64,000 nt of DNA from Coniocarpon cinnabarinum (taxonomy: Eukaryota): contig JAVECO010000029.1 in NCBI GenBank assembly GCA_051942205.1, positions 1 through 64,000 of the forward strand, in the 5' to 3' direction. Under the pieces are notes generated by a model. It was given only the letters and a program-made list of their open reading frames with translations, made no database searches and was not told the DNA's origin. The translations under genes were made by a program, and so were the position numbers. Of this stretch, positions 11,812 to 24,225 are shown in pieces. The first letter of the stretch is position 1. The number at the start of each line of letters is the position of its first letter.

Positions 11812-13848
11812 TCAGTCATCAAAGCCTGCAAAGTCCACATCCGGCTCTCCAGCTATCGAAACAGCCTTTCGTTTACGACTGTGCTCCACGGCCTCTCTTC
11901 TGTTATGGCCTTCTCTCCTCTCAAAGGTCGACTTCGTGCTAATCTGGCTTCTGGTCAACGGCCTTGTGCTCTCCTTGCGCCTTGACTGCGCGCCTCTGTG
12001 CTTCAGCATCTGTTTGTCGCGTTTGGTCACTTTTGGTAAGCTGTGCAGCATCCATTGCTTTTCTGACACAGATTCATCGCCAGTCTTGCCACGCGTTCGC
12101 TCGCTTGCTGCAATGACATTTGCCACATTTTTCACGAACGGTAAGTCGTCCTTGCTATACAACGTCACTGCCACACCACCCTCTCTCCCGGCGCGACCCG
12201 TTCTCCCTACACGATGGACGTATGCCGCAGACGAACTCGGTAGGTCGTAGTTAACCACACCATTGATACCATGAAAGTCGACCCCACGCGCCAGAAGATC
12301 CGTGGTAATCAATACCCAGACGTCACCTTTGCGAAATTGTGTCATCACGAGGTCGCGAGCCGTGTCGGAGAGATCGGCATGCAATACAGCGATTCGCAAG
12401 GAGCCACCAGCTTCGGTTGGCATATCGTACAGTAATTCGGCGTGAAGAGCGATAGCACGTTGAATGGTCTGTGTGAAGACTAGGAACGGCGGGAGGAACT
12501 TCGGGAGGTCAGTACTGACGCCCGCGTTCGGGTGCAGCAGCTGGCGTAATGCCATTAGTTTGCCTTGTTCTGAAGCAGCATAGACGAGTTTGTGATTGAT
12601 ATTGGGAATCGAGGAGTCTTTCAGACCGACTATGAGGCGGTAAAGCGGTAGACGTGACGGTGGATCGCGTTGGGAGATTCTTTCTTTGGTGAGCTCTTCA
12701 ATGTTGGAGCCCATAGTCGCTGACCATAACGACACTTGCAGTTGTGGATGCGTACAAGCAGACCAGACTGACAATGTTTGATCACGAAACAGAGGGTCGA
12801 GAAGAGCGTCGGCCTCATCAAGAATGAGCATAGAGACAGACGGAAAAGCAGTCTCGGCTCCATCGCCTCTACGTGACGCATTCAGAATCGCCTGAGGCGT
12901 GGAGACCAAAATTTCAGACTTAACACAAGAGGTGTTGGACTCATCGCCGTGTGCAACATCAGTCACAGAAACATCAGTCACAGAAGTAAGACTCATCGTT
13001 TTCAAGACAAGCGATGTGCGTATGCCAGTCATTTGTGCCAGTTTCTTAGCTTCGTTTGCGATTTGTTTCGCTAATTCTTTTGTTGGCGCAAGAATAATGG
13101 TTGAAGGACCACTTTCTCTCATCATGGTGGGCTCTCCATCATGCCGGCGCCTCTGAGCCTGTCGAGAACAAATGATCGACTGCATCGCGGGGATCAAGAA
13201 AGCAAGGGTTTTCCCACTACCTGTAGGAGCCACTGAGAGGAGGTGACATGGAGGTGTTTTGACTTGCGCATCGTCTTTAGACTTTGTCGCCAATGCAGAG
13301 TCTAAAAGCAGGGGCAAACTTGCCAGCTGAACTTCAGTCGGTGTTGTGAATGCTTGTCGTTCAAGATTGACGGACAGGGCCGTCGACACTTTATACTGTG
13401 TGGACAAATACTTGAAGTGCGTCAAGGGCTCTGGTACAATGGATCCCCTGAGCTTTGAATCCTTCTGCCTACCCTCTCTGGCCTTTTTATGCCGAGCATG
13501 TAAAGGGCTCCAAAGCTCGGCGACTTTGATTTTGTGGCTCTTCAAGACGTTGCGTCGTTGTTCTAATGATGATTTTTGCGCGAGTTGTCCTTGATTAGTA
13601 GAAGGTTGATCATGCTTTAAAGTTTGCGGAACATGCTGACTTCGCTCCTGCGAGTCAGTTGAATGCTCCTTGCCGTCGAGAATTTGCTGTCCCAGACTGT
13701 TTGTCCCTTGCTGCACTGCAGCTGTATTTTGGGATAAAGAAGGTCGCTTTCGCTTCTGACCACGTGAGTCGTTGGTAATCGCTTCTGAAGACTTGTCGTG
13801 CCGGTTTAAGAGTTTCGTCGATGATGTCAGTAATCTGTAAGGATCCAT
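11812..13848 (-). CDS. ROK1: DEAD-box ATP-dependent RNA helicase Rok1 (18S rRNA processing)
   Basis: Motifs PTEVQ, APTGSGKT, PTKELA, ILDEAD, WSAT, ARGVDF and HRVGRTGRAG. Rok1-typical segments EQGKLMALRQL and PPFLVFTQTI.RA.AL..EL.YD. Confidence 0.92.
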   Translation of the reverse strand: MDPYRLLTSSTKLLNRHDKSSEAITNDSRGQKRKRPSLSQNTAAVQQGTNSLGQQILDGKEHSTDSQERSQHVPQTLKHDQPSTNQGQLAQKSSLEQRRNVLKSHKIKVAELWSPLHARHKKAREGRQKDSKLRGSIVPEPLTHFKYLSTQYKVSTALSVNLERQAFTTPTEVQLASLPLLLDSALATKSKDDAQVKTPPCHLLSVAPTGSGKTLAFLIPAMQSIICSRQAQRRRHDGEPTMMRESGPSTIILAPTKELAKQIANEAKKLAQMTGIRTSLVLKTMSLTSVTDVSVTDVAHGDESNTSCVKSEILVSTPQAILNASRRGDGAETAFPSVSMLILDEADALLDPLFRDQTLSVWSACTHPQLQVSLWSATMGSNIEELTKERISQRDPPSRLPLYRLIVGLKDSSIPNINHKLVYAASEQGKLMALRQLLHPNAGVSTDLPKFLPPFLVFTQTIQRAIALHAELLYDMPTEAGGSLRIAVLHADLSDTARDLVMTQFRKGDVWVLITTDLLARGVDFHGINGVVNYDLPSSSAAYVHRVGRTGRAGREGGVAVTLYSKDDLPFVKNVANVIAASERTRGKTGDESVSEKQWMLHSLPKVTKRDKQMLKHRGAQSRRKESTRPLTRSQISTKSTFERREGHNRREAVEHSRKRKAVSIAGEPDVDFAGFDD

Positions 13849-14154
13849 TTTGAAAATCCCTTCACGTTTTTGAAAAGACTACAAGGCTTCGACAATGAAA
13901 GGGACTGCATAATCTAGAAAGAAGCACGGTCCTTGAAATCAAGGCATACGGAAATGCCAGCTCGCGAGTAGATTCGCGCCACATATATTTCATGCAGGGA
14001 CCTTGCAGAGACCAGAGCTCTAAGCTGTGCTGTAATCTTTACCGGCGCGCTATTGAAACTTCTGCATTTGTTTGGTTTACCTGCGCTTCGTGTTTCAATT
14101 GTTACCCTATTGGCGTCTTGGCCGGCTCATTATATCTGGACCAGCGCATCTACA

Positions 14155-14914
14155 ATGTCAGCCACTGCCACGCGAGTGGCATGGCGGCCGTCTCGATTTC
14201 TCCTGCGCCGAACCCCTGTTCGAACTGCCTCAACAACGTCTGAAGCTGCTAGTGCGGCTTCCCAATCAGCAACCAAGGCGAAACAGAATGCTTCCGATGC
14301 ATCTTCAAGAGCCTCCGAAGGCCTCTCGAGAGTCACATCATCTGCGAGCTCGGCCATGTCGAGGGCTGGCCCTATGATCTCTAGCTACCTAGGAAGATTT
14401 GGTGGCCGCACAGGGAGATTAATCCAGGGCGTCCAATGTGAGTATAGTTCAGCGCTCGTCGCTTCTGATGCTTTGGAGAGATCGCAAGACTGAGCTTCAT
14501 TCTCCAGCGCTCATTCCACCGACTGTTCACTATGCCCGTGTAGGCCGAGAACTTGCGACGATGGTATATCACGGGCAAAAGATGTCTCCCCCGTACGTCG
14601 CGCTTTAGCATGCAGCATCCTGTCTTGCGACCTCACAACATTGCTTACCGCATCCTAGAACCATTGCACAATTCCAAGCACAACTACAGCCTTTACTCAA
14701 CGCCGTACGAAATCCGTCATCGCTATTCTCGCAGAACCCTGGCCTTCTCAATCCTCAGCAATATCTCAATACTCTCAGGAACATCAACGGGCAACAACTT
14801 GCTGCCGGAGGTGTAGTATTTGCTGAAATTTGGGGCTTCTTCACACTGGGCAAAATGCTTGGTCGGCGCAAGATTGTAGGATACCAGTCCTCAGGACCCG
14901 CACATGAACATTAG
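14155..14914 (+). CDS. ATP20: Mitochondrial F1F0 ATP synthase subunit g; exons 14155-14437, 14508-14592, ~14659-14914
   Basis: The spliced product has a mitochondrial-type presequence, then SLIPPTVHYARVGRELATMVYHGQKMSPP and C-terminal GVVFAEIWGFFTLGKMLGRRKIVGY (GxxxG region of subunit g). Confidence 0.9.
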
Positions 14915-15329
14915 TAGTCGCACGGGGGCGAACTCCTGGAACAAGAGATGCTGAGAGAATTCGCAAGGGGAGGAACTGTACGAAAAGCCATGGGAACAGT
15001 TAAACTATTGCAAAACGGACCACTACGTGAACAACTGTAGTTCAAAGTCGCTCATACCATTCGTATACTCATTCTGGCTGAAGTGCGGATTGTCCGAAAT
15101 CTTTGAAAGATACAGCGTCCATTTATGAATGGATGTGAACAAGCTGAGACGACCACGACTGCGATGGCGGGCCTCTTGCAGGTGTCTCAGGCCAGTTATG
15201 TCTCCACTCTTGGCAATTCTTCCGAGCAGTCCGCGCTGGGGGACAGATGACTTTGCTAAAACAATGTCCATCGCAAGGCGAAGTCTCTTGCTTCTGCCTC
15301 ATGTCTGGGATGCTCATCATCTAGCAGCT

Positions 15330-15922
15330 TTATTGCGTTTTGAAGAGTAAGATGGCGTATTGACCCGTGTAGAAGTAAATGAAATGCTTTGTTTCTACAC
15401 TGTATCAGCACTCTGTCATATGCCTAGCTGAGGTTCACAGACCATGAGTAACGAAGCTTCCGTAATTCCGACCAACGATGCAATGCCAGGTTGCTCCCTT
15501 TCGTGAATCGAACTAGGAGTCTATGAGTTTCGTCCTGGAACGGGTCTCCTAGAGCGTACCTCTTTTTTGATGTGTTGGGCAATGTCCTGATCATTGTGAA
15601 CTCTTCCGCCTATTTAATATGTTTCTTCAACTCACTCTTTCAATGTTGTACCGGTTGAGTGCCTCTTGTGCTGCTCCAGGTCAGTCACCGAACTTCCACT
15701 TTCTCTGGATTCCACTAGAACCTACCGAGTTCGATTGCCTCTGTTTGCATGTCTTCGCTCTTCAGATACATTAATGCTGGCCGTCGACGTATGCGATTCA
15801 TCTGCTCACCATGTCCACAGCCTTTATTTGCACTTCAGAAGCAGAGTCAGCAAAAAATTTGAACAAGACATTGGCAGCACAAGCTTACCCTCCATTTTCT
15901 CCGAGGTGTTTGTCGCCGCCAT
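15330..15922 (-). CDS. DYN2: Cytoplasmic dynein light chain LC8 (~95 aa, 7 exons; first exons 15889-15922, 15810-15832, 15726-15759)
   Basis: Manual splicing gives [95 protein letters not shown], which carries the LC8 signature [10 protein letters not shown].VTHET. Confidence 0.95.
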
Positions 15923-16278
15923 GCTTGCCCCCTTTGGCGCAGTCGAGTTTATAGTCAGTGTGTGCGAGCTAGAATCAGCTCTAGTCGCGCTCCTATCGTC
16001 GGACGTCGTTGAATCGTCCATTGTCACGAGAGGCTCAAGGTTCATTGATTATACCGTCGCGCCCAGACGCGACACTGCGCCAAGCCCAATGCAGATCACC
16101 TTACACACGCTAAGCTGCTCCATACGTAATAAAGGCATTAAACTTCTCTGACTAGCACTTTTCATATCACGCATTCTTCTTGTCCATCCACAGAAGAATG
16201 TCCACTTTGTAGTCAAATGAACACCAGCATCGATTCCTTTTCCAGGTTCAGAACCTTCGTCGTGTGCAGCAGCTGAAG

Positions 16279-18974
16279 ATGGCGACTTCTCGGATTTTTA
16301 TCCAGGGCCTCCCGCCTACTCTAAGTGAGGAGGAATTTAGGGCGCATTTTGCCAAACGCCGTCCAGTCACTGATGTCAAGCTCATGCCGAAGCGCCGCAT
16401 CGGTTATGTCGGCTACATGACCGCAGAGGATGCTCAATCTGCCGTTAAGTACTTCAACAAATCATTTCTACGCATGTCAAAGCTTCTGGTAGAGTTTGCA
16501 TACGATGTGAGGATTTGATGCTGGCGCCCTTGATCAGTCCAAATGGCTAACACCAACTTAGCTACATAGCACGACCAGCCAGAGTAGTCAAAACTCTCTT
16601 GAGAAAGCGCATGGGAAACGCGTGAGAGCCACTGAGTATGGGGAACCAGGCGCCAAACGACGACGAACGCCTGCTTCTCGTCCCGATGAACTGGTTCAAA
16701 ACATAGGGGACGGCTCAAATAAGCCTCGCAACTCCACGCAACAAGCAGATACGCCACGTGAAGCTCACGATACGAATACATACACACCAAGTCCAAAGCC
16801 TTCTAAGCCATCTGATTCTTATGTGGAGGATGCCAGCAAGCTCGCTGAAGACCAGAATGAAACCATCAAAACAGCAACCGTTCACGATTCGACGGACAGT
16901 GATTGGATGCGATCACGCACAAGCCGTCTCCTTGGGCTTCTGGATGAGGGAGATGAAGAGCATGGTCCAGACATTAGGAACGTCAGTACGCAGACACAGG
17001 CGGCAAAGGAGACTGTCGGAATCCACGACGAGAGATCCGGAGATCAGCCAGCCCCTCGCGCAGAGGAATTACCGTCTGATACGGCGGTGGACGAAGCTTT
17101 AACGTCTTTCGCAACATCTTTTCAACCGGTGGAAACTTCACGGTTGTTTCTACGTAATCTTGCCTACACCACCAGCGAGGACAACCTTACTTCAATTCTG
17201 AAGCCGTATGGCGAGCTTCTAGAGGTAAGTTGATCAATATTGCACTGCGCACTTCTAATAAGTATGATGAATTATACTGATAGGGACATCTTATGTGCGA
17301 CAAATGATGTCAATTCAGGGGAGCAAAATAGTAGATGCTCCGGCGCTGAAAATGCTCGGCCGAGAAATATGTTACCTTGATCGCTTTGACACATTCCAGC
17401 TAACTATGGCCTCATTGCAGATTCAACTCCCTCAGGATTTCAAGTCTGGCGCCTGTAAGGGATTTGCGTTTGCTGAATTTGAAGACACAGAGTCAGCGCG
17501 AAAGGCTGTTCAAGAGCTCGACGGAACAACTTTCAACGGGCGGCTGCTCCATGTCCTACCTGCTGCAGCCAAGCGTGAGCCAAAACTTGATGAGTTTATC
17601 CTTGCCCAAATGCCACTGAAAAAGAGAAGAATAATCGAGAAAAAACGAAATGCGTCGAGCTCAACCTTCAATTGGAACTCAATGTTCATGAACGTATGTG
17701 CTACCATCAAAACAGTAGGAGAGCTTGACCTTTGCTGACACGATGTGAAGTCCGATGCCGTGCTCTCATCGACAGCCGCAAGACTAGGGGTCGCGAAGTC
17801 TGAGGTCTTCGACCCAACTTCTTCTGATGGAGCGGTCAAGCAAGCCCAGGCCGAGACGAACACCATCCAGTCAACGAAGAACTATTTTCAGCGGCAAGGG
17901 ATCGACCTTAGCAGCTTTTCGAGCAGCGACCGAAATGGCAAAGCACTTTTGGTCAAGAATTTCAAATATGAAACAACATCAGAAGATCTTAAAAAGATTT
18001 TCGCTGAAAATGGCGAAATCTCGGTCAGCAAGATTTTAATGCCTCCCGCCGGAACCATTGCTATAGTCGAATTTGCAAACGAAATACAGGCAGGGCTAGC
18101 ACTTCGAGTGTTTGCTTACCGCAAGCTACGGAACTCCATCCTCTTCCTTGAGAGAGCTCCTAGGAACCTTTTCAAGGCATCAAAATCCGGCAATGAAAAC
18201 ACCATCGCACAGGAGCAGGCCGCGGGGGAGCACGGGTTACCAACAGAGCGAGATGAAGAGGAAACTGCGCTGTCGGACACAAGTACCTTGTTTGTGCGAA
18301 ACCTTAACTTCATCACTACTTCAAATAGATTGTGGCAAGAGTTCCAATCGTTGAAGGGTCTGAAGTCGGCGTTGGTAAAGACTCGTTCAGATCCGAGAAA
18401 GGAAGGACAGGTCCTAAGCATGGGCTTTGGCTTTTTGGAGTTCGGAACGCATGACGATGCAAAAGCTGCCTTGAAGGTCATGGACGGACACACTCTGGAT
18501 GATCACGTGCTTCAGCTGCGAATGTCGCATAAAGGAAACGATGCTGCGGCCGATCGAAGGCGCAGTGATATGATGAAGCGTCAAAAAGAGCGTAGCTCCA
18601 AGGTCCTGGTGAAAAATCTTCCGTTCGAAGCTTCCAGAAAGGATGTTCGTAACTTGCTGAGGTCGTATGGCCAGTTACGTGCTTTGCGAATGCCGAAGAA
18701 GCTCAACAACACCTCGCGTGGCTATGCTTTTGCGCAGTTTAAATCACCTAAGGAAGCAGAGAATGCCTTGAATGCACTAGGCAGCACACATCTGCTCGGA
18801 AGGCGTCTTGTGCTACAGTACGCCGCCGATGACCTCGAAGATCCTGAGGAACAAATCGCCAAGATGCAACGCAAAGTTGGCAAGCAAGTCGAGAGTGTTT
18901 CTTTACAGAAGCTTGCTGCTAACCAGCGTCGCAAATTGGATCTAGATGATGTTAATGAAGATGGGGACGGTTGA
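16279..18974 (+). CDS. MRD1: Multiple RNA-binding domain protein Mrd1 (5 RRMs); introns 16507-16561, 17225-17420, 17694-17750
   Basis: N-terminal RRM SRIFIQGLPP..RRIGYVGY..AVKYFNKSF, the DSDWMRSRTSRLL motif, RLFLRNL, FNWNSMFMN, LSMGFGFLEF, KVLVKNLPFEA and THLLGRRLVLQYA. Confidence 0.93.
17260..17352 (+). ncRNA. Intronic box C/D snoRNA, snR64/SNORD74-like (guides 2'-O-methylation of LSU rRNA at the yeast Cm2337-equivalent site)
   Basis: Sits in the unusually long MRD1 intron 2. Box C ATGATGA is at 17264-17270. Guide GATAGGGACA (17279-17288) is complementary to the conserved 25S segment UGUCCCUAUC and is followed by a degenerate D' (CTTA). A C'-like ATGATGT and box D CTGA (17346-17349) follow. 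A second element, ATAGTAGAT, matches the adjacent rRNA sequence AUCUACUAU. Confidence 0.82.
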
Positions 18975-19553
18975 GCACTGGGCTGACCCTCCTTGCGTCC
19001 TGCGCCTATTGACAGCTCTCCACTGGCTGGCCCACTCGCGGAATCTCGCCAGAGCCGAAGAAGCATTACGCCGGCTGATCATAATGCAACATGATATGCG
19101 CTACTGCAACCCTGGGCTCTGCCTCTCTGGTACTGTTTCTAGGGCAGCCTCATCATGCATTCTTTCGATTTCTCATAAGATTACGAGCGGCATTCCCCGC
19201 GCGAAGATCACAAAAGGCCCTTCTCGGATTAAGGCTCCTTGGTACCTATCGTGTGTCTCCTTTGATCAACCAATCTATAGCACCCTTGCCTGGCTCACTG
19301 GTGGATCTGTGGCTGGAAAAGCAAGACAACTGTATGGTTACTAGGAGAGGGGACACACGTGTTTGTGCAAGATGAGAGCTGGCTAAAGCAACCAGGGGCA
19401 TTGTATATTTCATCCGACAGCGCTCGTTAATGCTCACCGCAATTACTCTGTTTGAGCTTTCGTTTTACTTTTCATATTTTAATCCATGCTTACTTGCAGT
19501 ACTGCCGAAGCACACCTTTGGTCACACAACATCTGTTTCATGTTCCTAACAAT

Positions 19554-22500
19554 ATGACCGCTCAGCTTGTGTCATCCACAATAGACTTCTCAGATCCTGG
19601 GATTGCTGAGGCCAACAATTTCGTCGAAAGCTCCCTGCATAGCCAGAAGGTTCATCGCACTTCATTGCCATCACATGCAGTGCCACACGCGCAATCGTAT
19701 TCCGCAACTCACAGTCATCGTCAAAATGGGAGACAAAATACTGAGCGTCACTACAGACATCCGACGTGCTCATTGCGCGAGCTCCAGATCATTTACGAGA
19801 GATTGATCCGGGACAGAGATTCCCGTGAACCTTATCGCAAATACAGGGAAAATCAAAAGAAGGGCAATAGAGCTAAGAATACTAGTGACGGGGGAGTGTG
19901 GCCAGATCATGTCGAAGAAATCTTTTGGAAAGGTAATTCCCGTTCGAACTTCATTGAATCATCTGAAGCTGATGGATCTGGCAGCAATTGTGATACACCC
20001 ACCCATGGGTCGGGCAAAATACAAGCTATACCAGGATGATCCCAAAGCAAAGGGCAGAAATGAGTTGATTGCTCAGTATCTGCTTGACGTATTAGGTGAC
20101 GAATTTGTGTTACTCATGCAGAGATCAAAAACGAAGTCTGAAAAGGAGGGGGAAATCATGCCTCGGAAAGTCGTTTCAAGCCATGTGCAAGTGCTAAAGC
20201 AGAAGTTTGCCGTAAAGGTGTACAACGAAGAGAAGAGCAGGATCGATGGCAGGGATAGATTCAGTTGGGTACCATTGCCAGAAACTCGATTCGGTGAGCA
20301 AATACTGTGTCGAGCGCCGTGCAAAAGCTGATCATATGCCAGTCTTTGACATGCTTGGTGGCAATAGCGAGAAAGACGAGAAAGAGCGGAAAAAAGCAGC
20401 CCGGTCTCCTACAAAGTTGCAGGAGCGACAACGAGCACAGCTCGAGCCGGCAGCCGTGGACATGGCTTTACAAATTGGAGACTTGGGCGAAAGACTCTAT
20501 TCGTTCGCCCGCGCAGACCCAATTTCTCCGGCAGCGGATGACCTCGATCTCAAATACCGGGAAGATTGGCAAATCGAATTTCCTGCCCTGGCAGATCTGT
20601 ACAATGCTCGACGACCCGAGGGTGATGTGTTCCTGATGGAATCGACTCTTAATGTCCCCTTGGAAAGACCTTCTACGATGAATACTCAGGATACAAAGCT
20701 TACGATCGAGAATCGGTTCAAAATAGCGAAGACGATCTTGCGTCCAGACTTAGATGTTCGAAGCTTGATTCGTACCTCGTTCACGTTTTACATTGACGGC
20801 AGAGCTGACGAATCATTTACGAGCGTCCCCATAATTTCTCAACACGATCCAAGCATGTGCGTCGTGCCGCTGGGGAGTCCGCACTGGGTCAAGTTGCTGA
20901 GTCGGGTTTGGTCAATAAACAGTGAGAATCGGAGGACATTCAATATGCGGTACCATACAGCAGATGACTCCAAACTAATAACCGAGATGCATGACTTGAT
21001 TAGAAATACTCTGAGAAGCATCACCATAGTTCAGGAAGTCAATATGGCCGACATCGCCCAAGAAGACGGAGATGCAGCTCACTCTGTGCCGCCTCTTTTG
21101 ACGATGTGCTGGAAGTTCGACGTCACATCGTGCAATGAGCCCGGGAGGGCTACATACAGAAGAGTAATCCTGCCTCCCAACGAAATGCAACAGTCAGAGG
21201 CCGGTAGTAAATTGGACTGGTATTGGAATCTTGACTGTGCCGACCAGCTGTTGGAAGAATATCCTTCGTACGGCAATGAATGTGACACAAAGGTTTATGC
21301 TCCGTTTGCCTACTCGTATGACATCGATGACTCGAAGGAAGCTCACGATCAGTACTTAACAGCAACAGAAGGTTCTCGTCCTTGGCAACTCTCGCAGCAC
21401 GGGCCTGAGACGTTCATGGGCGAGCAAACAAATAGTGGATTGGCAGAGAATCATGGTGCAGATAATGGCGGTCTGATAGCCTTTGATCCAGCCATCGTTA
21501 CTGATAGCCAGGCGAGGCAAGGTGTTCCAACCATGGCGATCACGGACACATTGCCTGAAGGTCGGTACCTTGGCGCCGGTGGCGCAAGCTCGTATCAAAG
21601 CTTCCTTTCAAGCGCTGCGTACGACATCGGCGACTGTCTACCTGGTTCGAGTACATCTATCGTTCAGCAACTTCCACGACACCCGCAGTCACAGTACGCT
21701 ACCATCTCGGATCTTCGCACCACACTGCAACACAGCGATATGCCTTCGCAGCAGGACTTGCCTTTACGGCCTGCGTCCGGTAGCCATAGAGATGACTGTG
21801 CATCGACCACCGCATTGCACTTTACAGATGGGTACACCGGCCATGAAAATTCCCTCAGAACCGCAGTCATTGATCGCAACTACGATGCTTCCAACTGCCA
21901 GGCCCCTTCGATGGTCCAGTCAGCCTCCCTGCCTGGTCAGCAACAACATTCGATCGCAAATGGAGAATCACAGCTATACAGAGATGACATGCTGTATCAA
22001 ATGACGCAAACCTTGCCGCACCACGCAGCGCAGCAAGCCTCGCAGGCATATCAGCAATTCATCTCCATGCCCAATGTGGCACCAGCTGACCTGGACACAA
22101 CATTTCACTCACCAAGGCCCGCGCCGACACCAATAAATGCTCAACCAGTGCATCAGCATCGTTATGAAACCCGTCATAAGCAGCGCACACAGCCCGTCTT
22201 GCCCAGCCAAGCTCTACCAAAGGCCACACCCGAGCCCTCTAGCAAGATCCTCCAGCCAATGCCTCATAGAAGTGAGTCGCACAGCCTTGCGCAACGACGA
22301 GCCTCACATGCCACCACTATCTCGACGGCCCAGCCTTCGTGGTTCGAAGATGTCATCTCCGCGCCAACGACCGCTGCAACGGAAAGCTTCGACATTGTCT
22401 CCCATGGACAGGCATCCTCCCAGAACCCGTCTGAGGTGGCGCCTTGTAGTACACGATCATCGCCTTGCAGGCCTTCCGCAGTGCTCGCAGGCCAGACAGC

Positions 22501-23654
22501 AGCAATGGCAAATCCACAGGCACCAAGATCAGCCAGTGCAGAATTTCATCATCAAACGAGCCGCAGTGATACAGTCGATGCTCGAGAGTACCTTGAGAAG
22601 CCGGACGATGACCCAGATGTCGCGGTAAGCATAGTCATGCCCGAATACTTGATTCATATCCTAACGACAACGCGTTCAGGCCTATGAGCCGGGCCATGAC
22701 CCGAGCAATGAACTCGAGCAGTACCGATCACAGTCACAGCAGCCCCTCAACAAAGAGACAGAGTTTTATGGTACAAGCGATCACACCCAAGCTTTCAACT
22801 CGGACTGCCTCGGATTAGTATTCGACCCTGCTGTGCTTGCATCTCTCGAACACACAGGAGCTTCAGTTCACGACTCACCCATTTGCAACACCTATCCATC
22901 CACAACCTTCGATGAGTACCAGGCTGAGGGAGTTAGGACCTATGATGCATCCGTGGACTCTGCCTTCGCCGATCCCTACAATATACCCAACCTCAAAGCC
23001 AATGTGGAAACCCAGCCTTACAACGACTTCGTCGAGCAGCAATCTCAAAGTCCTCAGGACATAGATCCAACCCTCATCCACAGCACTTCGCATGCATCTC
23101 CAATCGACGATCTCCCCAACATTTTTCACGGTTCTGCAGACAACGGCCACTTCACAATCGACCAAGCCGATGAGCCAGGAGACCACACAGCTCAAGCGTC
23201 GCACACCCGCTCACACTCCGAACATGTCATCGACTTCGCCAATGTGAATCAAAAGCCGGCATCCACTCAATGTGCCTCCGAACGCCCCACGAAACGCCGC
23301 CGCGCACGCACCAAGAGCGGCGACTCCGAAGACGACCCACCACTCTGGGCCGAAGGCACACCTGATGTAAGTTTTGAAGAGATGCATGATGATGCGTTTC
23401 TCGACGCTTTGGGATCACGTGCCGCAACTCAAGGTAATCAACCTCATCGAGAGGGAAGAAGCAAGCAAGAGCTTGACAACGGGAGTGGAGGAAATAGTAT
23501 TAAGACGACGCAGGGGGATGGTGCTATGCCGTATGCTGGGGATGATGCGAAGACGAATGGTGTTGAAGTTGGGGACGAAACCGGTGCTAGTGCTGATGAG
23601 CGTGCGATTAAGACGGAGGAAGAGGAGTGGGTTGTAGTGGGCGCTTCGCAATAA
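19554..23654 (+). CDS. TEA/ATTS-domain transcription factor, AbaA-like (~1300 aa); exons 19554-19932, 19985-20293, 20343-22624, 22680-23654
   Basis: TEA domain across the first intron: GVWPDHVEEIFWK-AIVIHPPMGRAKY...KGRNELIAQY...RKVVSSHVQVLK. All three introns are GT-AG and restore frame. Confidence 0.8.
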
Positions 23655-24225
23655 CGCCCTTATCGTTGATTCCGAATTCCATTGTGGAGGGCATTCCGCA
23701 ACGAAACGAGCCAACGGTTTAGAAGCGAGCGAGCGGACATTGAGAGAGCCACTCATAAGGTAATAGTCAAGAGATGGACATCATCAGAGCATAGCTCATC
23801 GTCGCTCGTTACCATTTCGGTACTTGTCTGAGCATTTGCTGTTCATTTACTAGTTATTCAAAAGTCCTTCTCGAAGCGACGAGGTCAGGTTGGTAATACA
23901 GGGTGCTGACTGATGGTCCAATCCATGGAAGAGCGACAAAGGAGCTAATGAGGGAGCATTATGGAGGCACATTCGCTAATATTTCCATATCATTACATGC
24001 TAGAGCGCAACCAACTCGTAATCGCAATTATTAATCATCGTACACCACCTTCTCTTTGACTACCTGAGTCCCAACTCCCCAGGACCTTCCTAACGTGCAC
24101 TGTGGCAGTCCGCATATCGCACTTCCCACCATCACGCCCATGAAATCCCATCGCCTCCAAGACATGTTCAAATTTCTCATGTATCACAGCATCCCGGCTA
24201 AACCCTCATCAGATGCCATGAAAGT

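Noticed and set aside
22771..22818. Possible extra intron in the AbaA-like gene
   Set aside because: The donor is weak, and the 48 nt are in frame with no stop, so no splicing is needed.
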